From the NCBI GenBank assembly GCA_040264895.1, contig JBDQHL010000005.1, positions 1 to 50,916 on the forward strand: a stretch of 50,916 bases of DNA, in the 5' to 3' direction. Source of the stretch: Bacteroidota bacterium (lineage in GTDB: Bacteria; Bacteroidota; Ignavibacteria; Kapaibacteriales; UBA2268). Positions within the stretch are counted from its first letter, which is position 1. Each line of letters begins with the position of its first letter. The notes beneath the pieces are model-generated. The model did no database searches. It was not told the origin of the DNA and was given only the letters and a program-made list of their open reading frames with translations. Shown piece after piece: positions 29,357 through 40,161 of this stretch. Both the position numbers and the translations under genes were made by a program.

Positions 29357-29887
29357 GCTTTCTCCACTTTCTAATCTTTCTAAATAATTTTGATAGGAAT
29401 TATTTGAGCTTGATTGATATTGTATGCCTAAATTAAGATCAAAACTAACTACATTGTTTAAGTTGTACATATAACCGAACCCTACACCAAAATTGTGATA
29501 TACATCCTTATCAAAAAGTATTATTTCTTGTTCAAAATCTGTATTTGGATTAATTATCTTTGACTCATGTTGCTCAAAATACCATATACTTGCAGCTCCA
29601 AATATATAAACTCTATGCTCAAAATCACGGTATATATTTCTGTGGTATTCAATTCCACCTATTAATGATAGGTTATCATTCTTTTGTGGGTCATCACCAG
29701 AATAAAATGGCATAAATGTAAATCTCAACCCATTCCACCTGTCAAGTTCTAGCAAGTAACCCAGACCAGTTCCCGAGATATTAGAGAAGCTAATTCCAAG
29801 TTCATGTTTAGGAAACTTTCTAGCATACATAGATGAAAGAGGTAAAAACAGAAATGTCAGTAATATAATTAACTTCTTAAAATGCAT
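29309..29887 (-). CDS. Hypothetical small outer-membrane beta-barrel protein
   Basis: Signal peptide, alternating amphipathic strands (GISF..SGTGLGY, FGVGFGYMY, GGGVGILFHL). Confidence 0.6.
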   Translation of the reverse strand: MHFKKLIILLTFLFLPLSSMYARKFPKHELGISFSNISGTGLGYLLELDRWNGLRFTFMPFYSGDDPQKNDNLSLIGGIEYHRNIYRDFEHRVYIFGAASIWYFEQHESKIINPNTDFEQEIILFDKDVYHNFGVGFGYMYNLNNVVSFDLNLGIQYQSSSNNSYQNYLERLESGESSFLGLGGGVGILFHL

Positions 29888-30230
29888 TTTCTAAGTGTGT
29901 AATTTGAGGTTCGTTGTTTACAATATCAATAGCGATCAAATCCATTCGGCAATCGCGGTCAGTAATCTTATTTATCATCAAATATCCTTCAGCAGTTTTT
30001 CTAAGCTTTATTTGTTTGCTATAGCTAACTGCTTCTATAGCTGAACCATATTTGTTGCTATTTCTTCCTTTCACTTCACAAAAGATGAGAATACCATTTT
30101 TCTCTGCTATTATATCTATCTCGCCAAGTTTTCCATAGTGGAAATTCTTTTTAATTATACTATAACCCTCTTTTAAAAGGTATTTTTCTGCGAGTGATTC
30201 GAAACTATGTCCAACTTTTGTGTTGTCCAT
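29877..30230 (-). CDS. yraN: YraN family (UPF0102) endonuclease-like protein
   Basis: GHSFESLAEKYL, GEIDIIA, FCEVKGR, CRMDLIAI, HLENAF. Confidence 0.92.
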   Translation of the reverse strand: MDNTKVGHSFESLAEKYLLKEGYSIIKKNFHYGKLGEIDIIAEKNGILIFCEVKGRNSNKYGSAIEAVSYSKQIKLRKTAEGYLMINKITDRDCRMDLIAIDIVNNEPQITHLENAF

Positions 30231-32128
30231 TAGTATGCCCTTACGTTCTTTCCTTCATAGTAATTAACGAAAGCTCTATTAACAACCCTCATTCCACTTT
30301 CAGTTGGGTAATCACCGCTGAAATACCAATCACCCAAATTATCAGGGCAAGCTTTATGCAGATTATCTATTGTTTGGAAGATAACTTCTACTTCAGCTTT
30401 AATGTTTTCCTCTCTTATCATCTGTGCAACCTTATCCGAGATTTCTTCTACTGTAAACAAGTCGTAAATTCCTTTTACATAATTTACATTGTCATAGTCA
30501 TCTAGTTCAAGTGATGCCTTACATTTAGAATAAACATCGTCAATCACTTTCTCATTACCAGATTCTTTGAGCAATTCTATTGCTGCTCTGAATGCGATAA
30601 AGTCGCCCAACTTAGCCATATCTATACCATAGCAATCTGGGTATCTGATTTGAGGAGCAGAAGAGACTACCACAATTTTCTTAGGATTCAATGTGTCAAG
30701 AATCCTTATAATACTTTTCTGGAGAGTGGTCCCTCTTACTATACTGTCGTCTAGAACTACCAATGTGTCAGTAGATTTTACAGTACCATATGTTACATCG
30801 TAAACATGCGAGACCAAATCATCTCGCGAATTATCAGAAGTAATAAACGTTCTTAGCTTTGCATCTTTTATAGCAATTTTTTCTAATCTTACTCTTTTCT
30901 CTAATATTTCTTCTAACTTTTCATCTGATAGTTGTCCATTGCTTTCTTTTATTTGATCTATCTGAATTCGTTTTTGATAATTTTCTACACCTTTTAGCAA
31001 TCCATAGAATGCAACTTCTGCTGTATTGGGGATGAATGAAAATACAGTGTTATCTAAATCACCAGCTATTGAGTTCAATACTTGACGACTAATTAATTTA
31101 CCTAATTTTAATCGCTCATTATAAATATCTTTATCATTGCCACGAGAGAAATAAATCCTCTCAAATGAGCAAGATAGCTTTTCCTTTGGCTCACGTATTT
31201 GCTCAAAGCTAATATCGCCGTCTTTTTTGATTATTATTGCCATACCAGGGTCTAACTCTTTTATATAATCATACCCTAGTTTGAAAGCAGTTTGAATAAC
31301 AGGTCTTTCGGATGTAATAACAGCCATTTCGTCATTAATATAATAATAGCATGGTCTAATTCCATTTGGATCACGTACAACAAATGCATCGCCATGGCCC
31401 AAAACTCCACCAATAGTGTATCCTCCATCCCACTTCTTTGCCGAACGACTGAGCATATTGGCAATATCTAATTCTTTCTCAATCAATGGAGAAGCATCTT
31501 TTTTGCTAACACCTTCCTTCTTAAATTTAGACCAAAGCTTATTTACTTCTTCATCTAAAAAATGTCCAGTTCTTTCTAAGACCGTTACAGTGTCTGCTTT
31601 TTCTTTCGGATGTTGGCCCAAGTTGATAAGCGTTTCAAATAGCTCATCGACATTAGTCATATTAAAATTACCCGCCATCATCAGATTTTTGTGCATCCAG
31701 TTATTAGCTCTTAGGAATGGATGGCAATTAGCTATTTTATTTTTGCCATAAGTACCATAGCGAAGATGCCCCATATAGACATTTCCAACATAAGGTAACT
31801 CTTCAGCAGCTAAATTCATATCTGCTTCATACTTTGGATTTTCTTTTATTTTCTTGTTTATTTTTCTAGATATTTTCCCAAATATGTCTTGAAGTGGTTG
31901 GTTTTCTACTGACCTCCTTCTGAAAATATAGTTCTCACCTGGTTCGGGGTCAAATTTCACACTGACAAAGCCAGCACCATCTTGTCCGCGGTTATGCTGC
32001 TTTTGCATAAGCAAATACATTTTATTTATACCGTAGTAAGGGCTGCCATATTTTTCAATATAATATGACATTGGTTTTAATAATCTAAGTAAAACTATAC
32101 CACATTCGTGTTTTATCGGATCGCTCAT
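30230..32128 (-). CDS. purF: Amidophosphoribosyltransferase (Bacteroidota type)
   Basis: MSDPIKHECG propeptide plus Ntn Cys, QHNRGQDGAG, GHLRYGT, CSFERIYFSR, VVLDDSIVRGTT, YFSGDYPT. Confidence 0.93.
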   Translation of the reverse strand: MSDPIKHECGIVLLRLLKPMSYYIEKYGSPYYGINKMYLLMQKQHNRGQDGAGFVSVKFDPEPGENYIFRRRSVENQPLQDIFGKISRKINKKIKENPKYEADMNLAAEELPYVGNVYMGHLRYGTYGKNKIANCHPFLRANNWMHKNLMMAGNFNMTNVDELFETLINLGQHPKEKADTVTVLERTGHFLDEEVNKLWSKFKKEGVSKKDASPLIEKELDIANMLSRSAKKWDGGYTIGGVLGHGDAFVVRDPNGIRPCYYYINDEMAVITSERPVIQTAFKLGYDYIKELDPGMAIIIKKDGDISFEQIREPKEKLSCSFERIYFSRGNDKDIYNERLKLGKLISRQVLNSIAGDLDNTVFSFIPNTAEVAFYGLLKGVENYQKRIQIDQIKESNGQLSDEKLEEILEKRVRLEKIAIKDAKLRTFITSDNSRDDLVSHVYDVTYGTVKSTDTLVVLDDSIVRGTTLQKSIIRILDTLNPKKIVVVSSAPQIRYPDCYGIDMAKLGDFIAFRAAIELLKESGNEKVIDDVYSKCKASLELDDYDNVNYVKGIYDLFTVEEISDKVAQMIREENIKAEVEVIFQTIDNLHKACPDNLGDWYFSGDYPTESGMRVVNRAFVNYYEGKNVRAY

Positions 32129-32159
32129 ATATTTGGGGGATTGTTATTATGACACTTAA

Positions 32160-32167
32160 CAAAAATA
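32160..32167 (-). promoter_or_regulatory. -7 promoter box upstream of purF
   Basis: TATTTTTG on the minus strand. Confidence 0.45.
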
Positions 32168-32287
32168 GTAAATAAATTATAAACTTAATGCAATTCTTAA
32201 GGCAAGGGCAATAGCTTTTCGTATATTGCACAACATAATATTATATTACAGTGTGTTTTTTAAAAAAGAAGTCGCTTTTATTCTAAA

Positions 32288-33736
32288 ATGCTTTTCAACT
32301 CCATAGATTTTGCCATTTTCCTACCAATAGTTTTTATTATCTATTGGTTAATTCTTGGTAAAAACTACAAATTTCAAAATTTACTAATAGTAGTAGCCAG
32401 CTATATTTTCTATAGTTGGTGGGATTGGAAGTTTACCTCACTAATTTTATTTAGTACATTAATCGATTACCTTGTTGGAATAGGTCTTTCAAAAACAGAT
32501 AACAAAAAAAAGAGGTTAATTCTCCTCTGGACAAGTATAGGGGTAAACTTAGGTTTTCTTGGTTTTTTCAAATACTATAATTTCTTCTTAGACAATTTTA
32601 TAACTGCCTTCACTCTACTTGGAACAGAGTTCAATGCAACTAGCTTGAATGTCATTCTTCCAGTTGGTATTAGCTTCTATACTTTCCAGACTCTAAGCTA
32701 CACTATAGATGTATATAAAAGAAAGATGGAGCCCACAAACAACATAGTATCATTTGCAGCTTACGTTAGTTTTTTCCCTCAGTTGGTTGCAGGTCCTATT
32801 GAAAGAGCTACTCAGCTCTTACCTCAATTTTATAAAGAGCGAGAATTTAACTACAACAATGCAGTTAATGGACTTAGACAAATACTTTGGGGTCTATTTA
32901 AAAAGATTGTAATAGCTGATAATTGCGCTATGTATGCAAATATTATATTCGGTAACTCCGCAGAGTATTCAGGTAGTACACTAGTACTTGGTGCATTGTT
33001 TTTTACATTCCAAATATATGGGGATTTTTCGGGATACTCCGATATTGCCATTGGAACCTCTAAGCTGTTTGGTTTTAATTTAATGAAGAACTTTGCATTC
33101 CCCTATTTCTCACGCGATATTGCAGAGTTTTGGCGTAGGTGGCACATATCACTATCAACTTGGTTTCGAGATTACTTATACATCCCTATTGGAGGCAGTC
33201 GAGTAAGTAAAGCTAAAAATATCCGTAATATATTTATCATATTTATAGTCAGTGGCTTTTGGCACGGAGCAAACTGGACTTTTATCGTTTGGGGAGCTTT
33301 GAATGCAATTTACTTTTTACCACTTCTACTAATTAATAAGAATAGACATCACATTGAGATAGTAGCACATAATAAATCTATACCATCAATTAAAGAACTT
33401 AGCTTTATACTAATAACATTTGGGCTGACTGTTTTCGCTTGGATTTTCTTCCGAGCCGAAAGTGTAACCCACGCTGTAAATTATATTGCAGGCATTTTCA
33501 ATAGCTCATTGTTATCTGTACCTGATTTCCCAATGCGAAGAGAAGCAGTGACAACTATCGTATTAGTATGCATATTTATATTAGTGGAATGGGTAGGTAG
33601 GCGTGGTGATTTTGCAATAGATAACATAGCTAAAAAAGTACCCAAGCCTTTAAGAATACTATTCTACTATGCTGTGATTATGAGTATTTTCTGGTATGGT
33701 GGTTCACAACAACAATTTATTTATTTCCAATTTTAA
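32288..33736 (+). CDS. MBOAT family O-acetyltransferase (AlgI/PatA-like)
   Basis: MLFNS, LPVGISFYTFQ, FFPQLVAGPI, DFSGYSDIAIG, FWRRWHISLS, GFWHGA, FIYFQF. Confidence 0.95.
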   Translation: MLFNSIDFAIFLPIVFIIYWLILGKNYKFQNLLIVVASYIFYSWWDWKFTSLILFSTLIDYLVGIGLSKTDNKKKRLILLWTSIGVNLGFLGFFKYYNFFLDNFITAFTLLGTEFNATSLNVILPVGISFYTFQTLSYTIDVYKRKMEPTNNIVSFAAYVSFFPQLVAGPIERATQLLPQFYKEREFNYNNAVNGLRQILWGLFKKIVIADNCAMYANIIFGNSAEYSGSTLVLGALFFTFQIYGDFSGYSDIAIGTSKLFGFNLMKNFAFPYFSRDIAEFWRRWHISLSTWFRDYLYIPIGGSRVSKAKNIRNIFIIFIVSGFWHGANWTFIVWGALNAIYFLPLLLINKNRHHIEIVAHNKSIPSIKELSFILITFGLTVFAWIFFRAESVTHAVNYIAGIFNSSLLSVPDFPMRREAVTTIVLVCIFILVEWVGRRGDFAIDNIAKKVPKPLRILFYYAVIMSIFWYGGSQQQFIYFQF

Positions 33737-34747
33737 ATGATGAAGAAATTTCTAATAAATATTGCCCTGTTCTCTCTTCCAGTTCTACTACTGTTTTCTG
33801 AAACATTTTTACCCGTGGATTTTTTCTCTTACAGACCTTGGGAAGCACTAATGTATAGTCACAACGATTACTTGGTACCATACTATCCTAACGCAGATTT
33901 GACAATGGAGTCCGAAGGTGATTTGTGTCACCACACTGAAAATGCAATTACTAAAAATGAACGATGGGTGACAGACAGCATGGGTTATAGAAACAATCAA
34001 TTTACTAGCAATCCCGACATACTAATTATAGGTGATTCATTCATAGTTGGTAGTGGTATGACTCAAGATTCAACATTGGGAAATGTGCTCGATAGAATGT
34101 TAGGAGCTGAGAAATCAGTGTATACTATGTCCCCTTCGCCATTTATCGATTTTGTAAGAGTTATAAATAGTGGTAAAATAAAAAAGCCAAAAACAGTCAT
34201 TTACTCTAATGTTGAGCGGTCTATTCCTAAGCCATTGGACAAATCGCAATACGATGACCAGGTTCATAATTCTTCAGAGTTGAGTATAGTTAAAGACAGA
34301 GCAACAAGAATGTATTCGCTCAACTATATTTTTGCACGAATAACTGGGAAAAATGGGCCTGGAGTAGCTGGAATTAATGACGAGATGTTCTTTCTGAATG
34401 GTGCAAATCAGGAGTATTTGTACGATAGAATAGTAGAAGTTCGTGAGAATATATTAACTTATAAAAGGTATTGTGATTCAATTGGAGTAGAGTTTATATA
34501 TATGCCAATGCCAAACAAAGAGACATTTTATTATGAGCGAGTACCTTTTGAAAATCAGCCAAACTATATAAACCAACTTTCTGAAATGCTCATAAAAAAA
34601 GGTGTCAACGTAGTCAACACCTTAGAAATTTTCAATCTTGAAAGGAAGCAGTCTGAGCAATTGCTCTATCAATTAGATGATACTCATTGGAATTCGAATG
34701 GAGTAAAAGTTATTGCTAGTGAGTTAGAGAGTAAAATCAACTATTAA
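33737..34747 (+). CDS. SGNH-type O-acetyltransferase partner (AlgJ/AlgX/PatB-like)
   Basis: IIGDSF, MPNKETFY, DDTHWNSNG; immediately follows the MBOAT gene. Confidence 0.75.
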   Translation: MMKKFLINIALFSLPVLLLFSETFLPVDFFSYRPWEALMYSHNDYLVPYYPNADLTMESEGDLCHHTENAITKNERWVTDSMGYRNNQFTSNPDILIIGDSFIVGSGMTQDSTLGNVLDRMLGAEKSVYTMSPSPFIDFVRVINSGKIKKPKTVIYSNVERSIPKPLDKSQYDDQVHNSSELSIVKDRATRMYSLNYIFARITGKNGPGVAGINDEMFFLNGANQEYLYDRIVEVRENILTYKRYCDSIGVEFIYMPMPNKETFYYERVPFENQPNYINQLSEMLIKKGVNVVNTLEIFNLERKQSEQLLYQLDDTHWNSNGVKVIASELESKINY

Positions 34748-35661
34748 ACTCCAACAGCTTCCTTATTGCTGTTCCATTTCTCTATCGCTGCTTTTACCTT
34801 GTCCAGATACCATTGCGGAGTCGATGTAGCACCAGTTATTCCCACTAATTCACTATCTCCAAACCAATCCCAGTCTATCTCTTTCACATCTTCTATGTAG
34901 TGCATATTAGGATTGAATTGCTTCATGTGCTTGAATAAGCTCTTACCATTTGATGAGTTTCTACCTGCTACAAATATGATTATATCATTGTCTTTTGCGA
35001 ATTGGACAACCTCTTCATCTCTACCCCACACCTCCTTACAAAGTGAGTTCTTGAATTGGAAGTGATCTTTTGTTTCGCCACCCTCTACGAAGTTTCTAAC
35101 TTTACTTTCTATAACTTCTCTTATTTCATGATAAGTAGATTTTTCCATAGTCGTTTGTGAGAAAAGTACAGTTGGTTTAGTAAAATCAACTTTTTCTACT
35201 GCTTCATCGGCATTAATTATAATAAGACAATTATCATTAACCATACCTCTTAGTCCAATTACCTCAGCATGATTTGGCTTCCCATATATCACTACTTGAT
35301 ATCCTTTCTCATAGTAACGCTTTACTCTATTCTGAAGACCGGTTACAAGTGGACAAGTTGCATCTACTAACTTTACGCCAAGCTCTTCTGCTCTTTCAAA
35401 AGTAGTTGGTGGTTCGCCATGAGCACGTATAAGAACAGTAGCTTTTTCGTCAGTTTTTGCTAACTCTTCTATCCCAAGGTGATCGATAGTTTTTAGACCT
35501 TTTTCTTCTAATCTTTCTATTTCTTTAGGATTATGAATAATATGACCTAGTACATAAACTTGTTCATCTTTATCAGCCGCCGCCAGTGTTTCTTCTGTAA
35601 TTTTTATAGTTCTGACTACACCCCAGCAGAAACCAGCAGAATTATCTATTTTTACTTGCAT
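34744..35661 (-). CDS. ispH: 4-hydroxy-3-methylbut-2-enyl diphosphate reductase
   Basis: AGFCWGV, IRAHG, DATCPLV, HAEVIG, SQTT, SSNGK, GATSTP. Confidence 0.96.
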   Translation of the reverse strand: MQVKIDNSAGFCWGVVRTIKITEETLAAADKDEQVYVLGHIIHNPKEIERLEEKGLKTIDHLGIEELAKTDEKATVLIRAHGEPPTTFERAEELGVKLVDATCPLVTGLQNRVKRYYEKGYQVVIYGKPNHAEVIGLRGMVNDNCLIIINADEAVEKVDFTKPTVLFSQTTMEKSTYHEIREVIESKVRNFVEGGETKDHFQFKNSLCKEVWGRDEEVVQFAKDNDIIIFVAGRNSSNGKSLFKHMKQFNPNMHYIEDVKEIDWDWFGDSELVGITGATSTPQWYLDKVKAAIEKWNSNKEAVGV

Positions 35662-35718
35662 AATTTTACTCTTTATTTTTTTCTTTTTGACGTAAAGTTG
35701 CCTTTAACTATTGCAAAT

Positions 35719-36390
35719 TTATGAGTTTATAATATCATTTGCTAAAGAAATAACCAAATTAGTCTGTTGCTCAATACTGATGTCCGAAGTGTCTATCACC
35801 TTGGCATCATCGGCTTTACGAAGTGGGCTTATCTCACGATTACTATCATATTCGTCTCTGTCAGCAATTCTTTTTGCTACTTCTTCTTTGCTTACATCCT
35901 CACCAGCTGCCAATAGCTCTTTCGTTCTTCTTTCTGCTCTAGCTTCAATAGAAGCATGCATATACAATTTCAAATCGGCATTGGGGAAAACAACCGTCCC
36001 TATATCGCGGCCATCCATAACAACGCCACCTACATTGCCTAATTCTCTTTGCTGGTCAACTAATTTTTCTCTTACTATTCCCACTGAAGCAACAGGGCTT
36101 GCAGTCTTTGTAACTTCAGCCGTTCTTATTTCCTTACTTACGTTTTCACCATTAAGTAGAGTTAACTGCCCAGCATCACTTGGTTGCAATTCAATTTTGA
36201 TTTCACTCATTAGTTTATCAAAGTCAAATCCTTCAATATCCTCACCCGTCCTCAGAAAGGCAAGTGTAGCAGCCCTGTACATAGCACCAGTGTCTATGTA
36301 AATATAGTTTAATTTTTTTGCTACTTCTCTTGCAGTGGTAGTTTTCCCAGATCCAGCAGGACCATCCAGGGCAATTATTATCTTTTTCAT
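35719..36390 (-). CDS. cmk: Cytidylate kinase
   Basis: ALDGPAGSGKTT, IDTGAMYRA, MDGRDIGTVVFP, RDEYDSNREISPL. Confidence 0.97.
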   Translation of the reverse strand: MKKIIIALDGPAGSGKTTTAREVAKKLNYIYIDTGAMYRAATLAFLRTGEDIEGFDFDKLMSEIKIELQPSDAGQLTLLNGENVSKEIRTAEVTKTASPVASVGIVREKLVDQQRELGNVGGVVMDGRDIGTVVFPNADLKLYMHASIEARAERRTKELLAAGEDVSKEEVAKRIADRDEYDSNREISPLRKADDAKVIDTSDISIEQQTNLVISLANDIINS

Positions 36391-37091
36391 TATTTACTTA
36401 TCCTATCTATTTCTGAGTAAAAATAATCGATATCAGTGAAATCATTAACTAAAGAATCAGAATTATTTGATTTAAATAATTCAAAGTCTTTAGTATCTGA
36501 TACAATCATAACATTCATATTATTGTCTTTGGCTGCTTTTATATCTGCAAGTGTATCACCAATAATAATCGAATTATTGAAGCTATATAAATTCTGGTTC
36601 ACAAAATGATTCACTCTATCTATTGCCAATGGCGGCAAATCGCTTCTAACAGGACTATCACAGCCGAAAGCACCACAATCGAAGTATCTATCTAATTCAT
36701 AGGAAGATAGCTTTTGTCTAGCATTGAGCTTAGAATTTCCTGTTAGCAATGCTATCTCATAATCATTATTAGACTTCAACTCTGTTATCAAATCTGAAAC
36801 ACCTGGAATTAGTTGTATATAATCAGGAGTACAGTAATGCTTGAACCTTTCTAATTTCAGCTGCCAGAATTGTTCCAGTTTTGGAGCAACCATGTTACCA
36901 TCGAATCCAATCGCCTGAGCCATCTGCTGAAGTATTTGCAAATCAGTATTACCAGAAAACACTGGCATCTGTTCTAGAGTAATTTTCTGATTATATACAT
37001 CAAAAAAAGTGTCAATGAATATATTCTTTGACACTCCCTTCTTCATGTTCAATATTGTACCATCTATGTCAAATAGAAGTAGTTTTTTCAT
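36390..37091 (-). CDS. HAD-superfamily hydrolase
   Basis: LFDIDGT, LLTGN, GAFGCD, IIGDT..DI. Confidence 0.9.
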   Translation of the reverse strand: MKKLLLFDIDGTILNMKKGVSKNIFIDTFFDVYNQKITLEQMPVFSGNTDLQILQQMAQAIGFDGNMVAPKLEQFWQLKLERFKHYCTPDYIQLIPGVSDLITELKSNNDYEIALLTGNSKLNARQKLSSYELDRYFDCGAFGCDSPVRSDLPPLAIDRVNHFVNQNLYSFNNSIIIGDTLADIKAAKDNNMNVMIVSDTKDFELFKSNNSDSLVNDFTDIDYFYSEIDRISK

Positions 37092-37096
37092 GCTAT

Positions 37097-37555
37097 TTAG
37101 AACGGTACATCGTCGTCAAATTCATCACTAGTGTCTTTGTCTTCGAACTTGTCATAATTTGGCTGTTGGTCACCTGCGTGAGATGGGCCACCTTGTGAGC
37201 CGCCGCCTCCGCCACTACTATTTCTTGAATCCAATAGTATCATGTCTTTGGCTACAACTTCTGTAATATATTTTGTTGTACCAGACTGATCTTCATAAGA
37301 ACGAGTTTTCAGTTTCCCTTCAATTAGAACTTTACTTCCCTTACTAAGATATTTACCAGCAACCTCTGCCAATTTTTCCCAAAGCACAACTCTATGCCAA
37401 TCCACTGTATCTTGCCAGTTGCCAGACTTATCCTTATATCTTTCGGGTGTGGCAATTGTAAGTGAACAGACTTGACTACCTTGCGGTGTAGTTCTTAATT
37501 CTGGGTCTTTACCCAAATTACCTAATAATGAAACTCTATTTAATCCTTTTGCCAT
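37097..37555 (-). CDS. ssb: Single-stranded DNA-binding protein
   Basis: LNRVSLLGNLGKDPE, KGSKVLIEGKL, Gly-rich linker, DDDVPF tail. Confidence 0.97.
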   Translation of the reverse strand: MAKGLNRVSLLGNLGKDPELRTTPQGSQVCSLTIATPERYKDKSGNWQDTVDWHRVVLWEKLAEVAGKYLSKGSKVLIEGKLKTRSYEDQSGTTKYITEVVAKDMILLDSRNSSGGGGGSQGGPSHAGDQQPNYDKFEDKDTSDEFDDDVPF

Positions 37556-37573
37556 TTTTTTTACCTTTCTTTT

Positions 37574-38512
37574 TTAGAAATAATACACTTGTGTTCCGAT
37601 ACCAATATAAGAATCTTTTTGATTAAAAAACATTCCGTGCATACTTAATCCATCATAAGCATAAATTCCAATGAATATTGCTCTGTTCTTACTAAAGTTA
37701 TATCTTAGTCCTGCTTGTGCATTCGAGACACCGTAATAATTATCGTTGAACCCACGTAGCGAGAAGTTATAACCCATTTCAAAGTCCGTACTTTCCGATA
37801 ATTTTTCAGTAAATTCTATACCTGATATTAATTCAATTGTTTGTATGTCATTGGGAATTTTTGAAAAAACATAGTTGATACCTAAGTAGGGATATACTTC
37901 TCTGTTAGCATCTCTTGAATAAATATTTACTCTGTAAATGACTTCAAGAAATTCTCTACTATATATAAAAGGGTCTGAAATAAATTCATTATCAATAGTG
38001 TAGCCATCTATCAAGTGAGACGATATATGTGCTAACCGTAATCTTAGTTGCTCTGTACCATAGAATAAATTGCCAAATATTGGACTGTCATGAAATGTAA
38101 AGGCAGAGTTCACACCGAAATAATAGTCAGTGGTCTCGACTGGGAATTTGAAACGCCCTACACTTCTGAGTCGTGTGTAGGTCATTAGGTCTGCTCCAAA
38201 GGTAGAATTTCCACCTAAATCAAATAGGTCAAATGAGGCTCCTATATCCATCCTCAATCTTTCTTCGCTTGGTTGACCTATAAAGCCGATTCTTGCTTCG
38301 TAAGGGTTTGCAATAAGTGGTTCGAAGTTCATAATAGGCACACCACTGGTTCCTAAAGTGTTCTTATATCTATGTGATAGACCACAGTCAAAAAAAACAT
38401 TTTCATTATTTGCTGTTGAATCACGTTTGACGAAATCAACACTAACTTGCGTTGAATCTTCTGCTTTTGCAAAAGTTACCGAAAATAATATTAATGCGAT
38501 GATTACTCGCAC
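37574..38512 (-). CDS. DUF1207-like outer-membrane protein
   Basis: FEPLIANPYEAR, DYYFG, RLRLAHISSHLIDG, YSREF, C-terminal YYF. Confidence 0.7.
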   Translation of the reverse strand: MRVIIALILFSVTFAKAEDSTQVSVDFVKRDSTANNENVFFDCGLSHRYKNTLGTSGVPIMNFEPLIANPYEARIGFIGQPSEERLRMDIGASFDLFDLGGNSTFGADLMTYTRLRSVGRFKFPVETTDYYFGVNSAFTFHDSPIFGNLFYGTEQLRLRLAHISSHLIDGYTIDNEFISDPFIYSREFLEVIYRVNIYSRDANREVYPYLGINYVFSKIPNDIQTIELISGIEFTEKLSESTDFEMGYNFSLRGFNDNYYGVSNAQAGLRYNFSKNRAIFIGIYAYDGLSMHGMFFNQKDSYIGIGTQVYYF

Positions 38513-38515
38513 AAA

Positions 38516-39991
38516 CTAACCACCTTTGCCACTGAAGACAACGCTGATAGTTCTGGCTAGTATATAGAGGTCTAAGAACATAGACCAGTTACGGATGTAA
38601 TAAATATCAATCATTATTCTTTCTTCAAAGCTACTCTCATTCCTGTCAGTAACTTGCCATAGACCACTGATACCTGGCTTTACTTGGAGTATCATCTCGT
38701 CGTTGCCACCCATCTTGATTTTTTCCCATGGGATATAAGCTCTTGGGCCAATAAGTGACATTTCACCTTTTACGACATTCCAGAATTGTGGAAGCTCATC
38801 TAAACTAAACTTACGTAGGAATTTACCAATTCTAGTCAAACGAGGGTCATTGTTTAGCTTATGGTATATTTCGTATTCGGCTTTTAGTTCAGGATTTTTC
38901 TCTAGTAAATCATCTAATCTGTCTTCAGCATCTGTGTGCATAGTACGGAATTTGACAATCTTGAATCTACCATCATGTAATCCCATTCTAGTTTGCTTGA
39001 ATAGAATTTTACCTTTTGAATCTAACCAGATAAGTGAGGCAACAACGCCTATTACTGGTAGGGCTAATAAGGTTAACAATGAAGATAATATAATATCAAA
39101 TAGTCGTTTTTGGAATCTAGCACTTCGTTTCATAAGAGTTCGCTTAACTTCTAAACCAAGCAACCCACCGAACTCTTTTGTAGAAACCCATAGTGTAGAA
39201 ATACCAAATAGATTTGGAATAACAATTGTATTCTCAAAGTGCTTTGAGTATTTCATAATAATCTTGCGTTGCACTTCTGATTGTACTTTAGGCATTGCAA
39301 TTATGGATTGCTCTACTTTAAGCTTCTTCTGTAGTTCTGGTATTACATCCAGTCCACCGATAACAGGTATACCGTCTATATAACCCCAGGTATCTACATT
39401 ATCATCAACAGCTACTATAGGTCTAAGACCTAATTTTTTATGCTTTCTCAGTGAGTTAATTACTTCCTTACCAGCATTACCAGCACCGATTATTATAACT
39501 GGTATTCCCCACCATGATTTTTCACAAAACATCTTTTTGATGAACGAACGCCCAAGTGGTATAGTTAAGAAGGTAATAGCCCAAGACATCATAAATGACA
39601 GTCTCGAGAAGTCCCAAAAATCATTGATGAAGAAGGTCAAGCCTGCCATCAATCCATAAATAATGGAACTAGTGTAGAAGATGTTTCTTATTTCATCTAT
39701 CACATCAATTCCAAATCCAGGATATAAACCACGGACATAGAAGGCCATCATGAATAAGGGTACAATTACTGGCAACACACTAAAGTACATATCGTACGTA
39801 GCGGCTGGAGTAAAGAACAAATTGCGAATAAATACTGAAGCTATAACAGAAAGCACGATAAAAAGTGCGTCTGAAGTCATCAGTAATAAAGAAGCTATTA
39901 ATTTACGAGGAGCAATTGGCTTTACTGGAAAGTCCTTTGCATTCCTGGTTTTTAATAACTTTGATAGCTCATTGAGAGTTGGAGTCTGCAT
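38516..39991 (-). CDS. wbaP: Undecaprenyl-phosphate hexose-1-phosphate transferase (WbaP/WcaJ family)
   Basis: TM helices, IIGAGNAG, KRLFDI, KFRTM, DPRLTRIG, SLDELPQ, GEMSLIGPR, DIYYIRNWS. Confidence 0.88.
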   Translation of the reverse strand: MQTPTLNELSKLLKTRNAKDFPVKPIAPRKLIASLLLMTSDALFIVLSVIASVFIRNLFFTPAATYDMYFSVLPVIVPLFMMAFYVRGLYPGFGIDVIDEIRNIFYTSSIIYGLMAGLTFFINDFWDFSRLSFMMSWAITFLTIPLGRSFIKKMFCEKSWWGIPVIIIGAGNAGKEVINSLRKHKKLGLRPIVAVDDNVDTWGYIDGIPVIGGLDVIPELQKKLKVEQSIIAMPKVQSEVQRKIIMKYSKHFENTIVIPNLFGISTLWVSTKEFGGLLGLEVKRTLMKRSARFQKRLFDIILSSLLTLLALPVIGVVASLIWLDSKGKILFKQTRMGLHDGRFKIVKFRTMHTDAEDRLDDLLEKNPELKAEYEIYHKLNNDPRLTRIGKFLRKFSLDELPQFWNVVKGEMSLIGPRAYIPWEKIKMGGNDEMILQVKPGISGLWQVTDRNESSFEERIMIDIYYIRNWSMFLDLYILARTISVVFSGKGG

Positions 39992-40161
39992 TGTATCTCT
40001 ATCTTTTATTAAACTTACCTGTAAAAGGTATAAGTATTAGCATATATCCACATATATTAATTAGACAATATCCATGCCTAAAATATATTAATAAAGCTTT
40101 CACAATTTTAAAAGCCTACAAAATAATACATTTTAATCATAAATTCAATAAAAATGAGAAA

